64,000 nt of DNA from an uncultured Gammaproteobacteria bacterium (lineage in GTDB: Bacteria > Patescibacteriota > Microgenomatia > CAZETR01 > Amesbacteraceae), in NCBI GenBank assembly GCA_964502885.1, contig CAZCXU010000002.1, positions 27,843 to 91,842 of the forward strand. Direction: 5' to 3'. The notes below the pieces were generated by a model. The model made no database searches and was not told the origin of the DNA. It saw only the letters and a list, made by a program, of their open reading frames with translations. Both the position numbers and the translations under genes were made by a program. Shown here one piece after another: positions 37,149 to 46,977 of this stretch; the stretch's first letter is position 1; each line of letters opens with the position of its first letter.

Positions 37149-40100
37149 TTAGGGCAAATTTGACACGTCGAAGTCGATGTAGACTGTGCCTGCGGGTTTG
37201 ACACTGGTGGGGATGAGACTGGACATGCTTATAGTGGACCAGGCCGACCAACTATTGGTAGATACTGTGAGTGTCCGTTTGTAGACATTCTGACCGTTTG
37301 AAGATAGAGCGTATTGGTGAATCAAATCACTGGTTTCCTGATAATAGTCGATTGAAGTAGCTGAATCACCGTTTGGTAAACCGGTAATTGTGGCGTAGGT
37401 TGTGGACCAACCGGACAAGGGAGTGTAGCCTGATCCGTTCCAAGGAGCTGTGCGAGCATAGAAGACCTGGTCTCCTGTGCTGGGCTTGGCATAAAGAACT
37501 GACTGCTTAATGAGGGGGGTGCCGGAATTGGTGAGTACTTCTTCATCAAATCCATACTGAGTCCTGCCTACCGCCGGCAAGTCCAAGGCCGACGAAGCCC
37601 AGGCGTTGTACTGTCCGTAATAACTGCCAGCCCAGGGAGCTTCACGGTAATAGACACGACCATCGCCGGCATATAAGAAAGATTGTTTGAGGGCCTTGTC
37701 TGACTGCTGGCTTTTTACGACATAGTTGAGCGACTTTACTGGGACATTGATACTCATCTCGGTGACATTGCGGGAAGTCCAGGGAGTCCAAGAGTTGTCA
37801 TCTCCCTGATAACGGGTAAGAATTTCGGTGCCACCTGCAACAACCGCTGTCTGAATGACCTTTTTGTGCGGGACAGTGAAACGATAACTGGGCGCAGATG
37901 ACCAGGCTCCGGAATACACGGCGTGAACCCAAATATTGTAGGTGCGGCCCGGTTGGAAATGGTAACTAAATGATGATGCAGATATGGTCGAACAAATATC
38001 TCCTTCGGAAGAATTGATACAGTTCCAAGGGTCACTTTCATCGTTTATGCGAAGACCTGACTCAGTAGCTCCAGCTGGAAGCGTCCAGGAAATTGTCTGT
38101 TTGCCGGCATTTTGAGCTGAAACTGTGAGGTTGGTAGGCGCGAGTAATGGGGTAGGCGTGGGGGGCGGACGAGTGGGAGTGGGAGTATTGGTAGGGACGA
38201 TGGTCCCAGGAACAGTTACTACTCGTGAAACGGACCCTGACCATCCACTGGCATATACAGCATGGACCCAAATGTTGTAGGTACGGCCAGCCACAAAATT
38301 ATGAACATGAGATGAACCTGAAATGGTAGAGCATGCGTCTCCAGGGTTAGGAATACAGGAACCGTTCCATGGATTTGAGGTATCGTCTACCCTGACCCCT
38401 GATCCAACAGCCCCAGAGGGAAGATTCCAACTAATAGTCTGATTTCCAGGCGAGACGCTACTAACTGTTAAGTTATTGGGCAAGGGAAGTGGTGTGGGTG
38501 TAATAGCTCCCTGAAGCAAATCGTTTATCTCAACCATGTAAGTATCCTTTCCATAGTTTATGGCTGAGTCATTGCGCATCTGTCTGGTAGCTCCGGTGGT
38601 ATTGTTTTTTAATGTGACGTTTCCGGTGGAATTGACTGTAACCTGAAGCTCGTAAGTACGACTTACTCTTCCATTTGCAGGATTATCGACATGGTAGTAA
38701 TAGATGGATGACTTGGGTTTATTTGCCGTGGACGCACTGTTTGCAGCCGCAAAAGTCGCGGGGGAAATGTAAATATGGGCCCACATCTTTTTGTAATCGT
38801 TTTCATCGGCCATAATCAAAATCTCCTTTTCTTTCATAAATACCGGATAATTGATCAAATTTGCGGAACTGTGGTTGTAGAGTATTTTTCCACCAGCGCC
38901 ACCCGGGGAAACAATCTGAGATTCAACTTTTAGCAAGGACTTCCAGGTGCCAGCAGGGAAGTACACATATGAATCATTGGCGGTGGCGTCTTCGAATATC
39001 GGCCTGACCAATAGGGCATTGCCAAACATGAATTCGTTGCGAGGGTCTTTTTTGACGGCGTTTGTGACCGAAAGATCTGGATTATAAAAGTCATATAGCT
39101 TATATACCTCAGGATCGTTAGGATAATCGAAGAAAAGCGGTCGGGTGACGTACATTGACCCAGTCTCGTAGCTGCGCATAGCCTGATCATAGGCATATTG
39201 ATGCAATCTGTTCCTGAGTTTCCCGTAAAATATTAAAGCGTTTTTCACTGTAGTATTGGAGGTTTTGTCGAAAGGTACTGAGAAAATGGTGGCTCCCTGA
39301 AACACAGCTAACTGATTGGAGCGGAGAAAGACGTTGTTGTTTATGGTTCTGTTTGTGTTGCGAGTGCCATCTGGATTGAGAACGCCCTCATTATAGACAT
39401 CGTTGTAGAAAGTGACATTTTGTACTACCGGGTATCCCGACATAACTTCAGTAATTGCAGAGTCCAGTTGATACTTAAGTATGTAAGTGAGACGTTGGTC
39501 AAAATGGCCACGAATATCTTCGTGTATGTAGTCGGGAACTACCACGTCGGCAGGATTTGCGATCCAGGAATTGCGGGCAAGAATTACGAACTGATTTCCC
39601 AATCTATTGGTATAGTGCGGCATAAAGAGCGGGCCATAATTGTCACCTAAGTTTTGGGGTACTCCTGCAGGAGCAACTGTGGGAACACGATTTGGACCCA
39701 TAAACGAAACCACTTTGGCCTGATCATGTGCAGTCATGTCGTCAAACTTGACTCCTCCAAAATTGCCATAACCGGTCAAGGAGGCCCCATCGCCAGAACG
39801 AATAAGGTCAATCCAGCGATTAATCACCTGCGCAGTCGGAGAAAGCAAATAATGATCATCGCCGGGATCATTGCGGTTTGGGCCCATATACATGCGATTT
39901 GCGTCTATGAGTGGGTTACTTATCCCTACCTGCGAGAACTTGCTGAGGATTAAATTTTTATGCTTGAGATTCTGCGAATCATTTGCGGCATTGTCCAGTG
40001 ACTCATATTGAGTGACTCGCTGACGCATGCCTATCAAGGGAACCGTACCTCGACCTGTCAATGCTTTGTTGGGATGATTGGAAGTGCTGGTCAAAAATGA

Positions 40101-41189
40101 GTACCACTGACTTAGGCCGCTAATTCCACCCCAACGATCCTGATTTACCAATAATGAGTCAGTGGTGCGGATAGGATATTGAGCAGGTCCCCCAACATCC
40201 TGAGGTCCACACCCAGGCAGCTTATCACTGGCCCAGTATCCAGAACCGATTGTCGCAGTGGTAAGGACAATTTTCTGGTCAAGATACCAGTTTACCCTGG
40301 CCATGGCATCGGTGCGATTGGCAGCACAACCGAGATCTCCAAACGTCTCCCACCCGGGACCAAAAGCCATATAGGTAGGCTCTTTGTCGTAGTAGCCCAG
40401 CTCCGTTTTGATTTGCTTGTATGCCTGATAAACTTCATCAAGAGTGGGTTTTTTGATGATGATCAGCTCTTTTTGAGTAGCAAAGTTGGTTTGCCCATCC
40501 CCCAGTTTCATTACTATGCAGGTATTGCGATCTCCGCAACTGAATTCATTTGTACGCGACAATCTAACAACTTTTGAATAGGGCTGCAGGTAGGCAATCA
40601 GCAGCTTCTGTTCGGGGATGACAAAGATGGGGGTCCGCATCCGGCATGACGATGCCCACTTTTCATTTCGCTCCCTGCCTGAGGCAGTAATTTTGGTGTC
40701 GACACAGTGGCTGTAGCTGAAATTTTCATCGGTAAAATCTGCCAAAGCGGCCTGATTGGTAATGACGTGCATACCGGCTCCAAAAACCTGAGGCGCTGGT
40801 TTACCTGTGATAAATGGCAGTCTGAATTCATATCTTTCCTGATTGCAGTTGGTTGTATAGGGAGCACAAGTAAAACCACTAGCCTTGACAATAAAGGCAC
40901 CCTCAGACACCTTGGAGACTGTAAGCTTGGCGTTGTCGGCACTAGTGTTGTTTCCAAAAATAAGATCTCCCCCCGTCACTCTCTCAAGCTCGGTGATATT
41001 GGAAGTGGAGGTGCTAGCAGAAGCAGAAAGATTTGTCTGAGTTTGAGTCAATTGTCTGGTGACACCTACAATGGAAAAAAGACCAAATACAAACAATATT
41101 CCACCAAATATTAAGCCGTGTTTTGGATTGGATATTTTGAGCGGAGGAATGTGCACTGACTTACGAGGTGATGTTAAATAGAAGCCCAT
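37149..41189 (-). CDS. Membrane-anchored giant glycoside hydrolase, GH31-like catalytic region with C-terminal tandem ~114-aa beta-sandwich repeats
   Basis: N-terminal TM GLIFGGILFVFGLFSIVGV. The central region has GH31-like segments GVKFDDM, MFGNALLVRPIF and YVYFPAGTW. Two tandem repeats end in GRTYNIWVHAVY. Confidence 0.65.
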   Translation of the reverse strand: MGFYLTSPRKSVHIPPLKISNPKHGLIFGGILFVFGLFSIVGVTRQLTQTQTNLSASASTSTSNITELERVTGGDLIFGNNTSADNAKLTVSKVSEGAFIVKASGFTCAPYTTNCNQERYEFRLPFITGKPAPQVFGAGMHVITNQAALADFTDENFSYSHCVDTKITASGRERNEKWASSCRMRTPIFVIPEQKLLIAYLQPYSKVVRLSRTNEFSCGDRNTCIVMKLGDGQTNFATQKELIIIKKPTLDEVYQAYKQIKTELGYYDKEPTYMAFGPGWETFGDLGCAANRTDAMARVNWYLDQKIVLTTATIGSGYWASDKLPGCGPQDVGGPAQYPIRTTDSLLVNQDRWGGISGLSQWYSFLTSTSNHPNKALTGRGTVPLIGMRQRVTQYESLDNAANDSQNLKHKNLILSKFSQVGISNPLIDANRMYMGPNRNDPGDDHYLLSPTAQVINRWIDLIRSGDGASLTGYGNFGGVKFDDMTAHDQAKVVSFMGPNRVPTVAPAGVPQNLGDNYGPLFMPHYTNRLGNQFVILARNSWIANPADVVVPDYIHEDIRGHFDQRLTYILKYQLDSAITEVMSGYPVVQNVTFYNDVYNEGVLNPDGTRNTNRTINNNVFLRSNQLAVFQGATIFSVPFDKTSNTTVKNALIFYGKLRNRLHQYAYDQAMRSYETGSMYVTRPLFFDYPNDPEVYKLYDFYNPDLSVTNAVKKDPRNEFMFGNALLVRPIFEDATANDSYVYFPAGTWKSLLKVESQIVSPGGAGGKILYNHSSANLINYPVFMKEKEILIMADENDYKKMWAHIYISPATFAAANSASTANKPKSSIYYYHVDNPANGRVSRTYELQVTVNSTGNVTLKNNTTGATRQMRNDSAINYGKDTYMVEINDLLQGAITPTPLPLPNNLTVSSVSPGNQTISWNLPSGAVGSGVRVDDTSNPWNGSCIPNPGDACSTISGSSHVHNFVAGRTYNIWVHAVYASGWSGSVSRVVTVPGTIVPTNTPTPTRPPPTPTPLLAPTNLTVSAQNAGKQTISWTLPAGATESGLRINDESDPWNCINSSEGDICSTISASSFSYHFQPGRTYNIWVHAVYSGAWSSAPSYRFTVPHKKVIQTAVVAGGTEILTRYQGDDNSWTPWTSRNVTEMSINVPVKSLNYVVKSQQSDKALKQSFLYAGDGRVYYREAPWAGSYYGQYNAWASSALDLPAVGRTQYGFDEEVLTNSGTPLIKQSVLYAKPSTGDQVFYARTAPWNGSGYTPLSGWSTTYATITGLPNGDSATSIDYYQETSDLIHQYALSSNGQNVYKRTLTVSTNSWSAWSTISMSSLIPTSVKPAGTVYIDFDVSNLP
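37870..38540 (-). repeat. Tandem duplication of a ~342-nt coding unit (two homologous beta-sandwich modules) inside the GH31-like gene
   Basis: DNA ~37921-37967 is homologous to 38263-38310 (tgaacccaaatattgtaggtgcggcc versus tggacccaaatgttgtaggtacggcc). The protein repeats are ...SFSYHFQPGRTYNIWVHAVY and ...SSHVHNFVAGRTYNIWVHAVY. Confidence 0.7.
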
Positions 41190-41283
41190 ATGAGAAATTT
41201 ACTTCTGAAGCTCGACGATTGTTGTTTGACGACACATAACTACTGTAGCACTCCGTATTCAAGCGATCAAGAGAGGTTCCCAT

Positions 41284-42036
41284 ATGTTCAAATGCTATAC
41301 AATCCACATAAACATGAATCGTCTTAAACTAACAAGGATCTGGGACAAAGAAAGCCAAAGCTACTCCCAAGCAGCAGAAACGCAGCCGGATTATGTGGCG
41401 CACTACCTGTTTTTGAAACAAATGCTTGGCGATGTGCGCGGGAAAACTGTGTGCGATGTAGGTAGTGGAACGGCAATTACTAGCTCAATTTTTGCTAATG
41501 AGGGGGCTAGTGTAACGCTTATCGATATTTCCCCAGAGGCTTTGAAGTTTGGTAAAAGTGTGTTTAAAAAAAAGAAACTGCCGGTTCATGTGGTGGAAGG
41601 AGATTTGTTTAAAATTAACTTGCCAGCAAAAAGCTTTGACGTGGTGTGGAATGGCGGAGTGATAGAACATTTTTCTGATGATGAAAAGGTGGAAATGATA
41701 AGAAGGATGTGGAAGTGGGTGAAGCCGGGAGGAAAAATACTTATCAGCGTACCTAACGCCGATGATCTGGTTTTTATGGCAGCAAAGTGGCTGCTGATAA
41801 AAAGGGGTAGGTGGACGTTTGGATATGAAGATGATCTGACTTTTCCCCGACTAGAAGATCTGGCGCGGCGGGCGGGAATTGACAATTTTCAGATAAAAAC
41901 TTACAACCCGATTGTGGGATGGTGGTTTTTGCCGTGGGGCCGTGAAATTACAAACATTCTCGGTCTTAATACTGTAAACTGGCATGTGAGGGAAAACCGA
42001 TGGGGACATAATTTAGTGTTTGTAGCTCAAAAATAA
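41284..42036 (+). CDS. Class I SAM-dependent methyltransferase
   Basis: Motif I VCDVGSGTA, motif II LIDIS, post-I acidic residue, FDVVWNGGVIEHF. It has an ATAATG overlap with the next gene. Confidence 0.85.
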   Translation: MFKCYTIHINMNRLKLTRIWDKESQSYSQAAETQPDYVAHYLFLKQMLGDVRGKTVCDVGSGTAITSSIFANEGASVTLIDISPEALKFGKSVFKKKKLPVHVVEGDLFKINLPAKSFDVVWNGGVIEHFSDDEKVEMIRRMWKWVKPGGKILISVPNADDLVFMAAKWLLIKRGRWTFGYEDDLTFPRLEDLARRAGIDNFQIKTYNPIVGWWFLPWGREITNILGLNTVNWHVRENRWGHNLVFVAQK

Positions 42037-42581
42037 TGTTGAAAACTTTCTTTAGAATTACCGGAGGACTGGCGATAATAGGAATTGGAGTAGTGATATA
42101 TGTCCTGAGAACCCCTCCGGAAAAAATACAGACTGCTAAAAGAGAAAGCGCAGTGCTAACAACAACCCTGGAGGAAATCCTTACAAAAGAAAAAGAATAT
42201 GCCTGCAGTCTGGATGACGCCACAAGAAAAACAACCGGAATTTTATATGTGTCGGGAAAGAAGGTAAGGGGAGATTTGCAAACTGAACTGGAATACAAAC
42301 GAAAAGTTGAAACTCATTTCATTCTGAATGGTGAATGGTACTACCTATGGAGCACCGGAAATACACCGTTTAAGCTGAATGTGGGAGAACAGGCGGCGAC
42401 TGGATCAGCCAGTCCGATAGCAAATTATGGCACCAATAAGCTTAGATGTCTGTCCTGGAGAAATGATGGCAAGACTTTTGAGCCGCCGGAGGGAGTAACT
42501 TTTATCGATCTGACAGAACAGCTGAGGAAACTTGATGTACGGGCAACGGAATCCGCCAGTCCTAAGCCAGGGAATCAATAG
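42036..42581 (+). CDS. Hypothetical membrane-anchored protein
   Basis: N-terminal TM GGLAIIGIGVVIYVL, then a soluble domain of unknown function. Confidence 0.5.
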   Translation: MLKTFFRITGGLAIIGIGVVIYVLRTPPEKIQTAKRESAVLTTTLEEILTKEKEYACSLDDATRKTTGILYVSGKKVRGDLQTELEYKRKVETHFILNGEWYYLWSTGNTPFKLNVGEQAATGSASPIANYGTNKLRCLSWRNDGKTFEPPEGVTFIDLTEQLRKLDVRATESASPKPGNQ

Positions 42582-43096
42582 ACGGATAGAAAAACTGCTA
42601 CCCAATTCTTACTGAGCTGGTCTCTTGCTGCTGACAAAGTAATATTGCCATTACAAACCTGGGAAAGGAGGAAACTCTCAGCGCGATTTTTTTCAGAATA
42701 ACCAGGTCTTGAATCGATAGGTTGGGGCCAAAGATTGGACAGGTCCATCGTCCCTCCCAGCTGCTCACTGACCAACTGGTCAATCGCATAGGAACTGTAA
42801 AGGTAATCGGGAATGCCATAAGCTGAAAAGACTTGGGCTGCGATCTCTTTTGATACAGAGGTCTGTGTGTGAAATTCCTTTTTTTGACACATGGCATCCA
42901 GATCTAACTGAGGATTAAAATGTCCTGGAGTACACACCGGATCCGGCAAGCGGTAGCGGATATGACAGTTGCGGGGAGAAGAAGTCTGGGTGCCCAAGAT
43001 ATGCCGCGAACGAGAAACGGTAAAACCAACAAAAATTGAAAAACTGGAAAAGGCAAAAAGTACAAAGAGCGAGAATAAAAAAGTCACCCTACGCAT
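42575..43096 (-). CDS. Hypothetical secreted/membrane-anchored protein
   Basis: N-terminal hydrophobic segment VTFLFSLFVLFAFSSFSIFVGF. The Cys-containing soluble domain is unclassified. Confidence 0.45.
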   Translation of the reverse strand: MRRVTFLFSLFVLFAFSSFSIFVGFTVSRSRHILGTQTSSPRNCHIRYRLPDPVCTPGHFNPQLDLDAMCQKKEFHTQTSVSKEIAAQVFSAYGIPDYLYSSYAIDQLVSEQLGGTMDLSNLWPQPIDSRPGYSEKNRAESFLLSQVCNGNITLSAARDQLSKNWVAVFLSVY

Positions 43097-43114
43097 TAAT
43101 TAAGTATACCCCAG

Positions 43115-43777
43115 TCAGAAAAGACTGGTTTGGGCAGTTGAGACGGCTGCCTTTGGATAAGAAAAGTTGATGGATATCTCACGAGGTGTGTTCCAGTGGT
43201 CAGTAAATTTGAGATGTGAATTTTTGAGTCCATAATCGTAAATATCTCTGGTGATACGAACATCAGATTCGCAATAACTCTGTAGTTTTGCCAGGCTCTC
43301 GGGGTCATGTTTTTGCCAATAAATGATGGCATTGGCACCAGAATCTATCTTTGCGTCCCCAAGTGTGTCTTTTGCAATACGATTCAGAGATACACGCCTG
43401 CCAAAAGATTCCTTGACGTGGTCGAGTATATCGAAATGAGGAAGTTTGGAAAAATCGGCGGGGGCGTATGGCCGTAAAGCGGGAATGTCGAAATTTATTG
43501 AGTTGAAACCGATGATCCGATCTGCTTCCCGGAAATATTTCCACATGGCTTCCAACTGATCCTCCCAGAAACTCAACATCTGGCCAGAAATTTCCTGACA
43601 ATTGTCATCAAGCTTTCGAGTGTACAAAGACACTACGGATACACCCAGGTCAGCCGGATCAGAAGTGCCGGTATCGTCAAAGAATTTTTGGGTTTCCAGA
43701 TCAAAAATCACTTCGTACATTGGTGTGAAATTGTAGCATATAGCCACAATGAAACAGAGTGGCGACATATCATGCAT
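43115..43777 (-). CDS. DEDD-family 3'-5' exonuclease (RNase H-like fold)
   Basis: Exo I VIFDLETQKF, Exo II IIGFNSINFDIPAL and Exo III YCESDVRITRDIY. The start is uncertain. The track uses TTG 43894, with ATG candidates at 43777, 43768 and 43720. The divergent DUF2207 gene starts at 43822. Confidence 0.7.
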   Translation of the reverse strand: MHDMSPLCFIVAICYNFTPMYEVIFDLETQKFFDDTGTSDPADLGVSVVSLYTRKLDDNCQEISGQMLSFWEDQLEAMWKYFREADRIIGFNSINFDIPALRPYAPADFSKLPHFDILDHVKESFGRRVSLNRIAKDTLGDAKIDSGANAIIYWQKHDPESLAKLQSYCESDVRITRDIYDYGLKNSHLKFTDHWNTPREISINFSYPKAAVSTAQTSLF

Positions 43778-43821
43778 AAAAATCTCACATTTTTGATTTA
43801 TGCTCGCTATATAATTACACA

Positions 43822-45669
43822 ATGAAGCGGATGTTTGCGGTGTTTTTCGTGGTTGTATCTCTATGGCTGATGCTTCCAAATAATGCTGAAGCAAAAAGTT
43901 ACAGCATCAAGAGAGTGGATATTCAGGTAGACATACACTACAACGGCGATGCGCAAATTACAGAGTCACGAACGTATGATTTTGACGGGTCTTTCAGCTG
44001 GGCGGATATATGGATAGACAATGTTAAGGACAGGATTGAGAATATTACGATTGCGGATGAGCGGGGTCAACCTCTCCGATTTACCGCTCAACAACAAGCA
44101 GGTGGACGTCTATATATCAGATGGTATTACAGTGCGACTGATCAGATAAAAGTATTCAGACTGAACTACACGCTGAAGGATGCGGTTGTACAACACCCGG
44201 ACATTTATGAGTTTTACTGGAAGCTAGTGGGAAGCGAGTGGGAAAAACGCAGTGAACTGGTCACAGCGCGGATCCGATTGCCAGCTGCTGTCGAACGCGG
44301 TCGAATTTGGGGGTTTGGACATGGACCACTAAACGGGAAGGTGAATATTCCAAATGAACAAGAGGTGGAGTTTTCTGCCGATAATCTACCGGCTAAGAAG
44401 ATGTTTGAAGTGAGAATGCTGTTTGACCTGTCGGGCATGATGATAAGCGGGAGAGAAAATCCGCAAACACTCGCTGATATTCTCACCGAGGAAAGAGGCT
44501 TTGCTGAATCGGCGAAACAGGAAATTGAAAAGGGAAAGAAGCAAATGGGCCTATACATGACGGTTCTGGCAATAATCTCCGGTCTGATGGTGTGGAGAAT
44601 GGCTTTCTGGATAATTAAGTGGTGGAGAGTGGGTCGGGATACTACCCCACCTCTAGTAAATCTGGCAGGAACGCTCCATGAGCCACCATCCGACCTGGAA
44701 CCGAATCTGGTGGAAGCTCTGATGTCCTGGGACTTAACGCCGACCGGAAAATCTATCACAGCAGTAATAGTAAACTTGATCAGAAAAAAGGCGATAACAA
44801 TACAAAATGAGGAACAGTCTCCGATTTTGGGTATTTTTCCCAGAGGTAAAAAGTACATTTTGGTCTGGCAACCCCATTTCAAACGAGAGGACCTACTGTC
44901 AAGCGAGAAAGATCTATTTGACTTGATTTTTGCAAAATCCAATGGGGGGATGGTTTCGTTGGAGACAATAAAGAGCCTCGGCAAACATCAACCAACGACG
45001 GTAAAAGCTTTTTGGGAAAAATGGAGAGATTCAGCAAAAGAAAAACTTGTGGCACAAGGCTACCTGGAAATAGAAAGCCACAGTGCAGCAAAACAGGTGA
45101 AACGTGAGGCAGTACTAATGTTGACTGCGGGATGTATGGCTATTTGGTTTGTAATCGAAGTCGAAAGAATTGGCAGTAGTAATGCCTGGTGGTGGATTGT
45201 CCTATTTACTTCTGCCCTTGGCGTTGTGGGAGGAATAATACTAATTGCGATAAGCAGGGTAATGCAAAAGCGCACGCCTAGAGGAGATCAGGAGTATGCC
45301 AACTGGAAAGCATTTCACAAATACCTAAAAGACTATAGAGTGACCAAGAATTACCCGATTGACTCAGTGGTTCTATGGGAAAAATACCTGGTGTATGGAA
45401 TAACCCTGGGAATCTCTTTGAAAGCGTTGTCTGAGCTTCCGATAAATTTTTCTGAACAATTTGCGGGGTCGGGTATATACATGGGCATGGCACACAATGG
45501 ACAGATAGGTATAACTAACTTCTCCGCTAATCTGAATGAGGTTTTTTCCGGACTTAATGGAATATCCAGCGGTGTAAATTCGTTTGGGGCGAGCGGTTCG
45601 GGGGGAAGTGGAGGATTTTCCGGCGGGGGTGGTGGTGGAGGCGGAGGCGGTGGAGGTGGAGCCGGATAG
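43822..45669 (+). CDS. DUF2207 domain membrane protein with Gly-rich C-terminal tail
   Basis: A signal peptide, a large exported N-terminal domain, TM helices (LYMTVLAIISGLMVW; WWWIVLFTSALGVVGGIILIAI) and a C-terminus SGGGGGGGGGGGGGAG typical of DUF2207. Confidence 0.75.
   Translation: MKRMFAVFFVVVSLWLMLPNNAEAKSYSIKRVDIQVDIHYNGDAQITESRTYDFDGSFSWADIWIDNVKDRIENITIADERGQPLRFTAQQQAGGRLYIRWYYSATDQIKVFRLNYTLKDAVVQHPDIYEFYWKLVGSEWEKRSELVTARIRLPAAVERGRIWGFGHGPLNGKVNIPNEQEVEFSADNLPAKKMFEVRMLFDLSGMMISGRENPQTLADILTEERGFAESAKQEIEKGKKQMGLYMTVLAIISGLMVWRMAFWIIKWWRVGRDTTPPLVNLAGTLHEPPSDLEPNLVEALMSWDLTPTGKSITAVIVNLIRKKAITIQNEEQSPILGIFPRGKKYILVWQPHFKREDLLSSEKDLFDLIFAKSNGGMVSLETIKSLGKHQPTTVKAFWEKWRDSAKEKLVAQGYLEIESHSAAKQVKREAVLMLTAGCMAIWFVIEVERIGSSNAWWWIVLFTSALGVVGGIILIAISRVMQKRTPRGDQEYANWKAFHKYLKDYRVTKNYPIDSVVLWEKYLVYGITLGISLKALSELPINFSEQFAGSGIYMGMAHNGQIGITNFSANLNEVFSGLNGISSGVNSFGASGSGGSGGFSGGGGGGGGGGGGGAG
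45586..45666 (+). repeat. Low-complexity GGN codon run (poly-Gly tail)
   Basis: ggtggtggaggcggaggcggtggaggtgga. Confidence 0.6.
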
Positions 45670-45672
45670 GCT

Positions 45673-46026
45673 TCAATGTCGCGAAGACTTTTTGGGTTTT
45701 GATATCACTTTTGATATCTCCCCCAGAATCTCCTGCTTGATCTTTTGTGCGTGTCTTTTTATTTCCGCCTCAATTTCCGGATGCGCATGAAGTCTTAAGT
45801 AGTCGAGGTGCCCGGTATCATGCGGGGCAGCGTGGAACTCAGCAACAAAATGCGCATGCTTGTTTTTTGGAAGATGGTTGAGAATTACATTAAGAATATG
45901 GTTGATAAGTGTCTGGTCGATGATCTGAACCAGTTCTGCTTTTTCTTCATCGGAAATCCGGCATGAATCCAGGTAAATATCTATCTCCTCGCGGATGACC
46001 AGATGATCAAAGAATAATTTCGACAT
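45673..46026 (-). CDS. Hypothetical His-rich small protein
   Basis: 117 aa, His-rich (HAHFVAEFHAAPHDTGHLDYLRLHAHPE), last gene after gltX and the DPBB gene. Confidence 0.4.
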   Translation of the reverse strand: MSKLFFDHLVIREEIDIYLDSCRISDEEKAELVQIIDQTLINHILNVILNHLPKNKHAHFVAEFHAAPHDTGHLDYLRLHAHPEIEAEIKRHAQKIKQEILGEISKVISKPKKSSRH

Positions 46027-46028
46027 AA

Positions 46029-46970
46029 TTATTGGGCCGTCAAAAGCGGTGGACCTTCCTCTAAATTGTATTCTAACGGGCCTAATGGAATTTTATTTTC
46101 GGGGTCGTCCACAAAGAAGAGTACAACTGGCCCCCGCTGACGGCCATCATACATGCGTAAATAGTTCATTACTTCGGGTGATCCTCCGAATTGCTTGCCA
46201 GTCCATGCAGCGGGTCCGGAATCGGCAACTACCGCAACAATAGTACGACCGTTTTTGGGATTTGCGACCAGCACTTTGCGGTGTTTGTACCAATCACGCA
46301 GATAAGGCAAACGTGTCTCCCAGTCGGGAAGATAAAGGGTCTGAACGGCAACGTAAAATTTTTCTTTTTGGATTAAGTCTTCGGTCAACTCAGATTTGGA
46401 TCGGGCAAAATATCCCCAGGCACCGCGCCCGGGAGTAATGCCGTGCTCCTGTAAGGCATCGTGCTGAGAAACCGTGTCACCCGGAAAACGAGGAAGGTGC
46501 TGTTCCTGACCAATATAACCATATGAAGTATTCAGATGGTTGCCTTCCAACTCAGCAAAGGCATGAATGCCCAGAATGTCGTGAAGGTCCTTACTAATTT
46601 TTGCCTCCTGATCCTCCGACAATGGCTCAACGGTTTTGGGGAGAACATCAGCAAGACGGTCACGCAAATGAGAACGAAAGTCCACCGGAGTGACCCAATC
46701 GCGATGATTTGACGCTTCCGGTAGAGTGCGCGAGGGAGAGGTAATGATAAAAGGCGGGGCGGCTAAAAGAATTGCTGAAGTAGCTGCCCCCGCAGTAAGA
46801 AGTCTGGCTGCATGAGCTCGCAACCCACCAGGACGAGTCCCTGCGGCCTCTAACTGAGCGACAGCCAAAGGATGATGATTTCGAAGCAGATTCTCGGACT
46901 GGATGCTCTTCAGTTTGAGACGGGAACGCAACAAGGAAATATTGGGGGTCGGTAAACTGCGGGCAGACAT
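46029..46970 (-). CDS. Putative cell-wall binding/lytic protein with C-terminal DPBB (RlpA/3D-like) domain
   Basis: The C-terminus KVLVANPKNGRTIVAVVADSGPAAWTGKQFGGSPEVMNYL resembles the RlpA/3D double-psi beta-barrel signature (V.V.N..NG.sv.v.vnDrGP...). The start is trimmed to ATG ~46970 after the gltX stop. Confidence 0.45.
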   Translation of the reverse strand: MSARSLPTPNISLLRSRLKLKSIQSENLLRNHHPLAVAQLEAAGTRPGGLRAHAARLLTAGAATSAILLAAPPFIITSPSRTLPEASNHRDWVTPVDFRSHLRDRLADVLPKTVEPLSEDQEAKISKDLHDILGIHAFAELEGNHLNTSYGYIGQEQHLPRFPGDTVSQHDALQEHGITPGRGAWGYFARSKSELTEDLIQKEKFYVAVQTLYLPDWETRLPYLRDWYKHRKVLVANPKNGRTIVAVVADSGPAAWTGKQFGGSPEVMNYLRMYDGRQRGPVVLFFVDDPENKIPLGPLEYNLEEGPPLLTAQ

Positions 46971-46977
46971 GTGTTTA

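Noticed and set aside
30236-45666. Possible CRISPR or tandem-repeat arrays (PT-codon run 30236-30422, GGN run 45586-45666, RGG codons 36190-36310)
   Set aside because: All are in-frame coding low-complexity tracts with degenerate unit lengths. There are no direct repeats with unique spacers, no cas genes and no leader.
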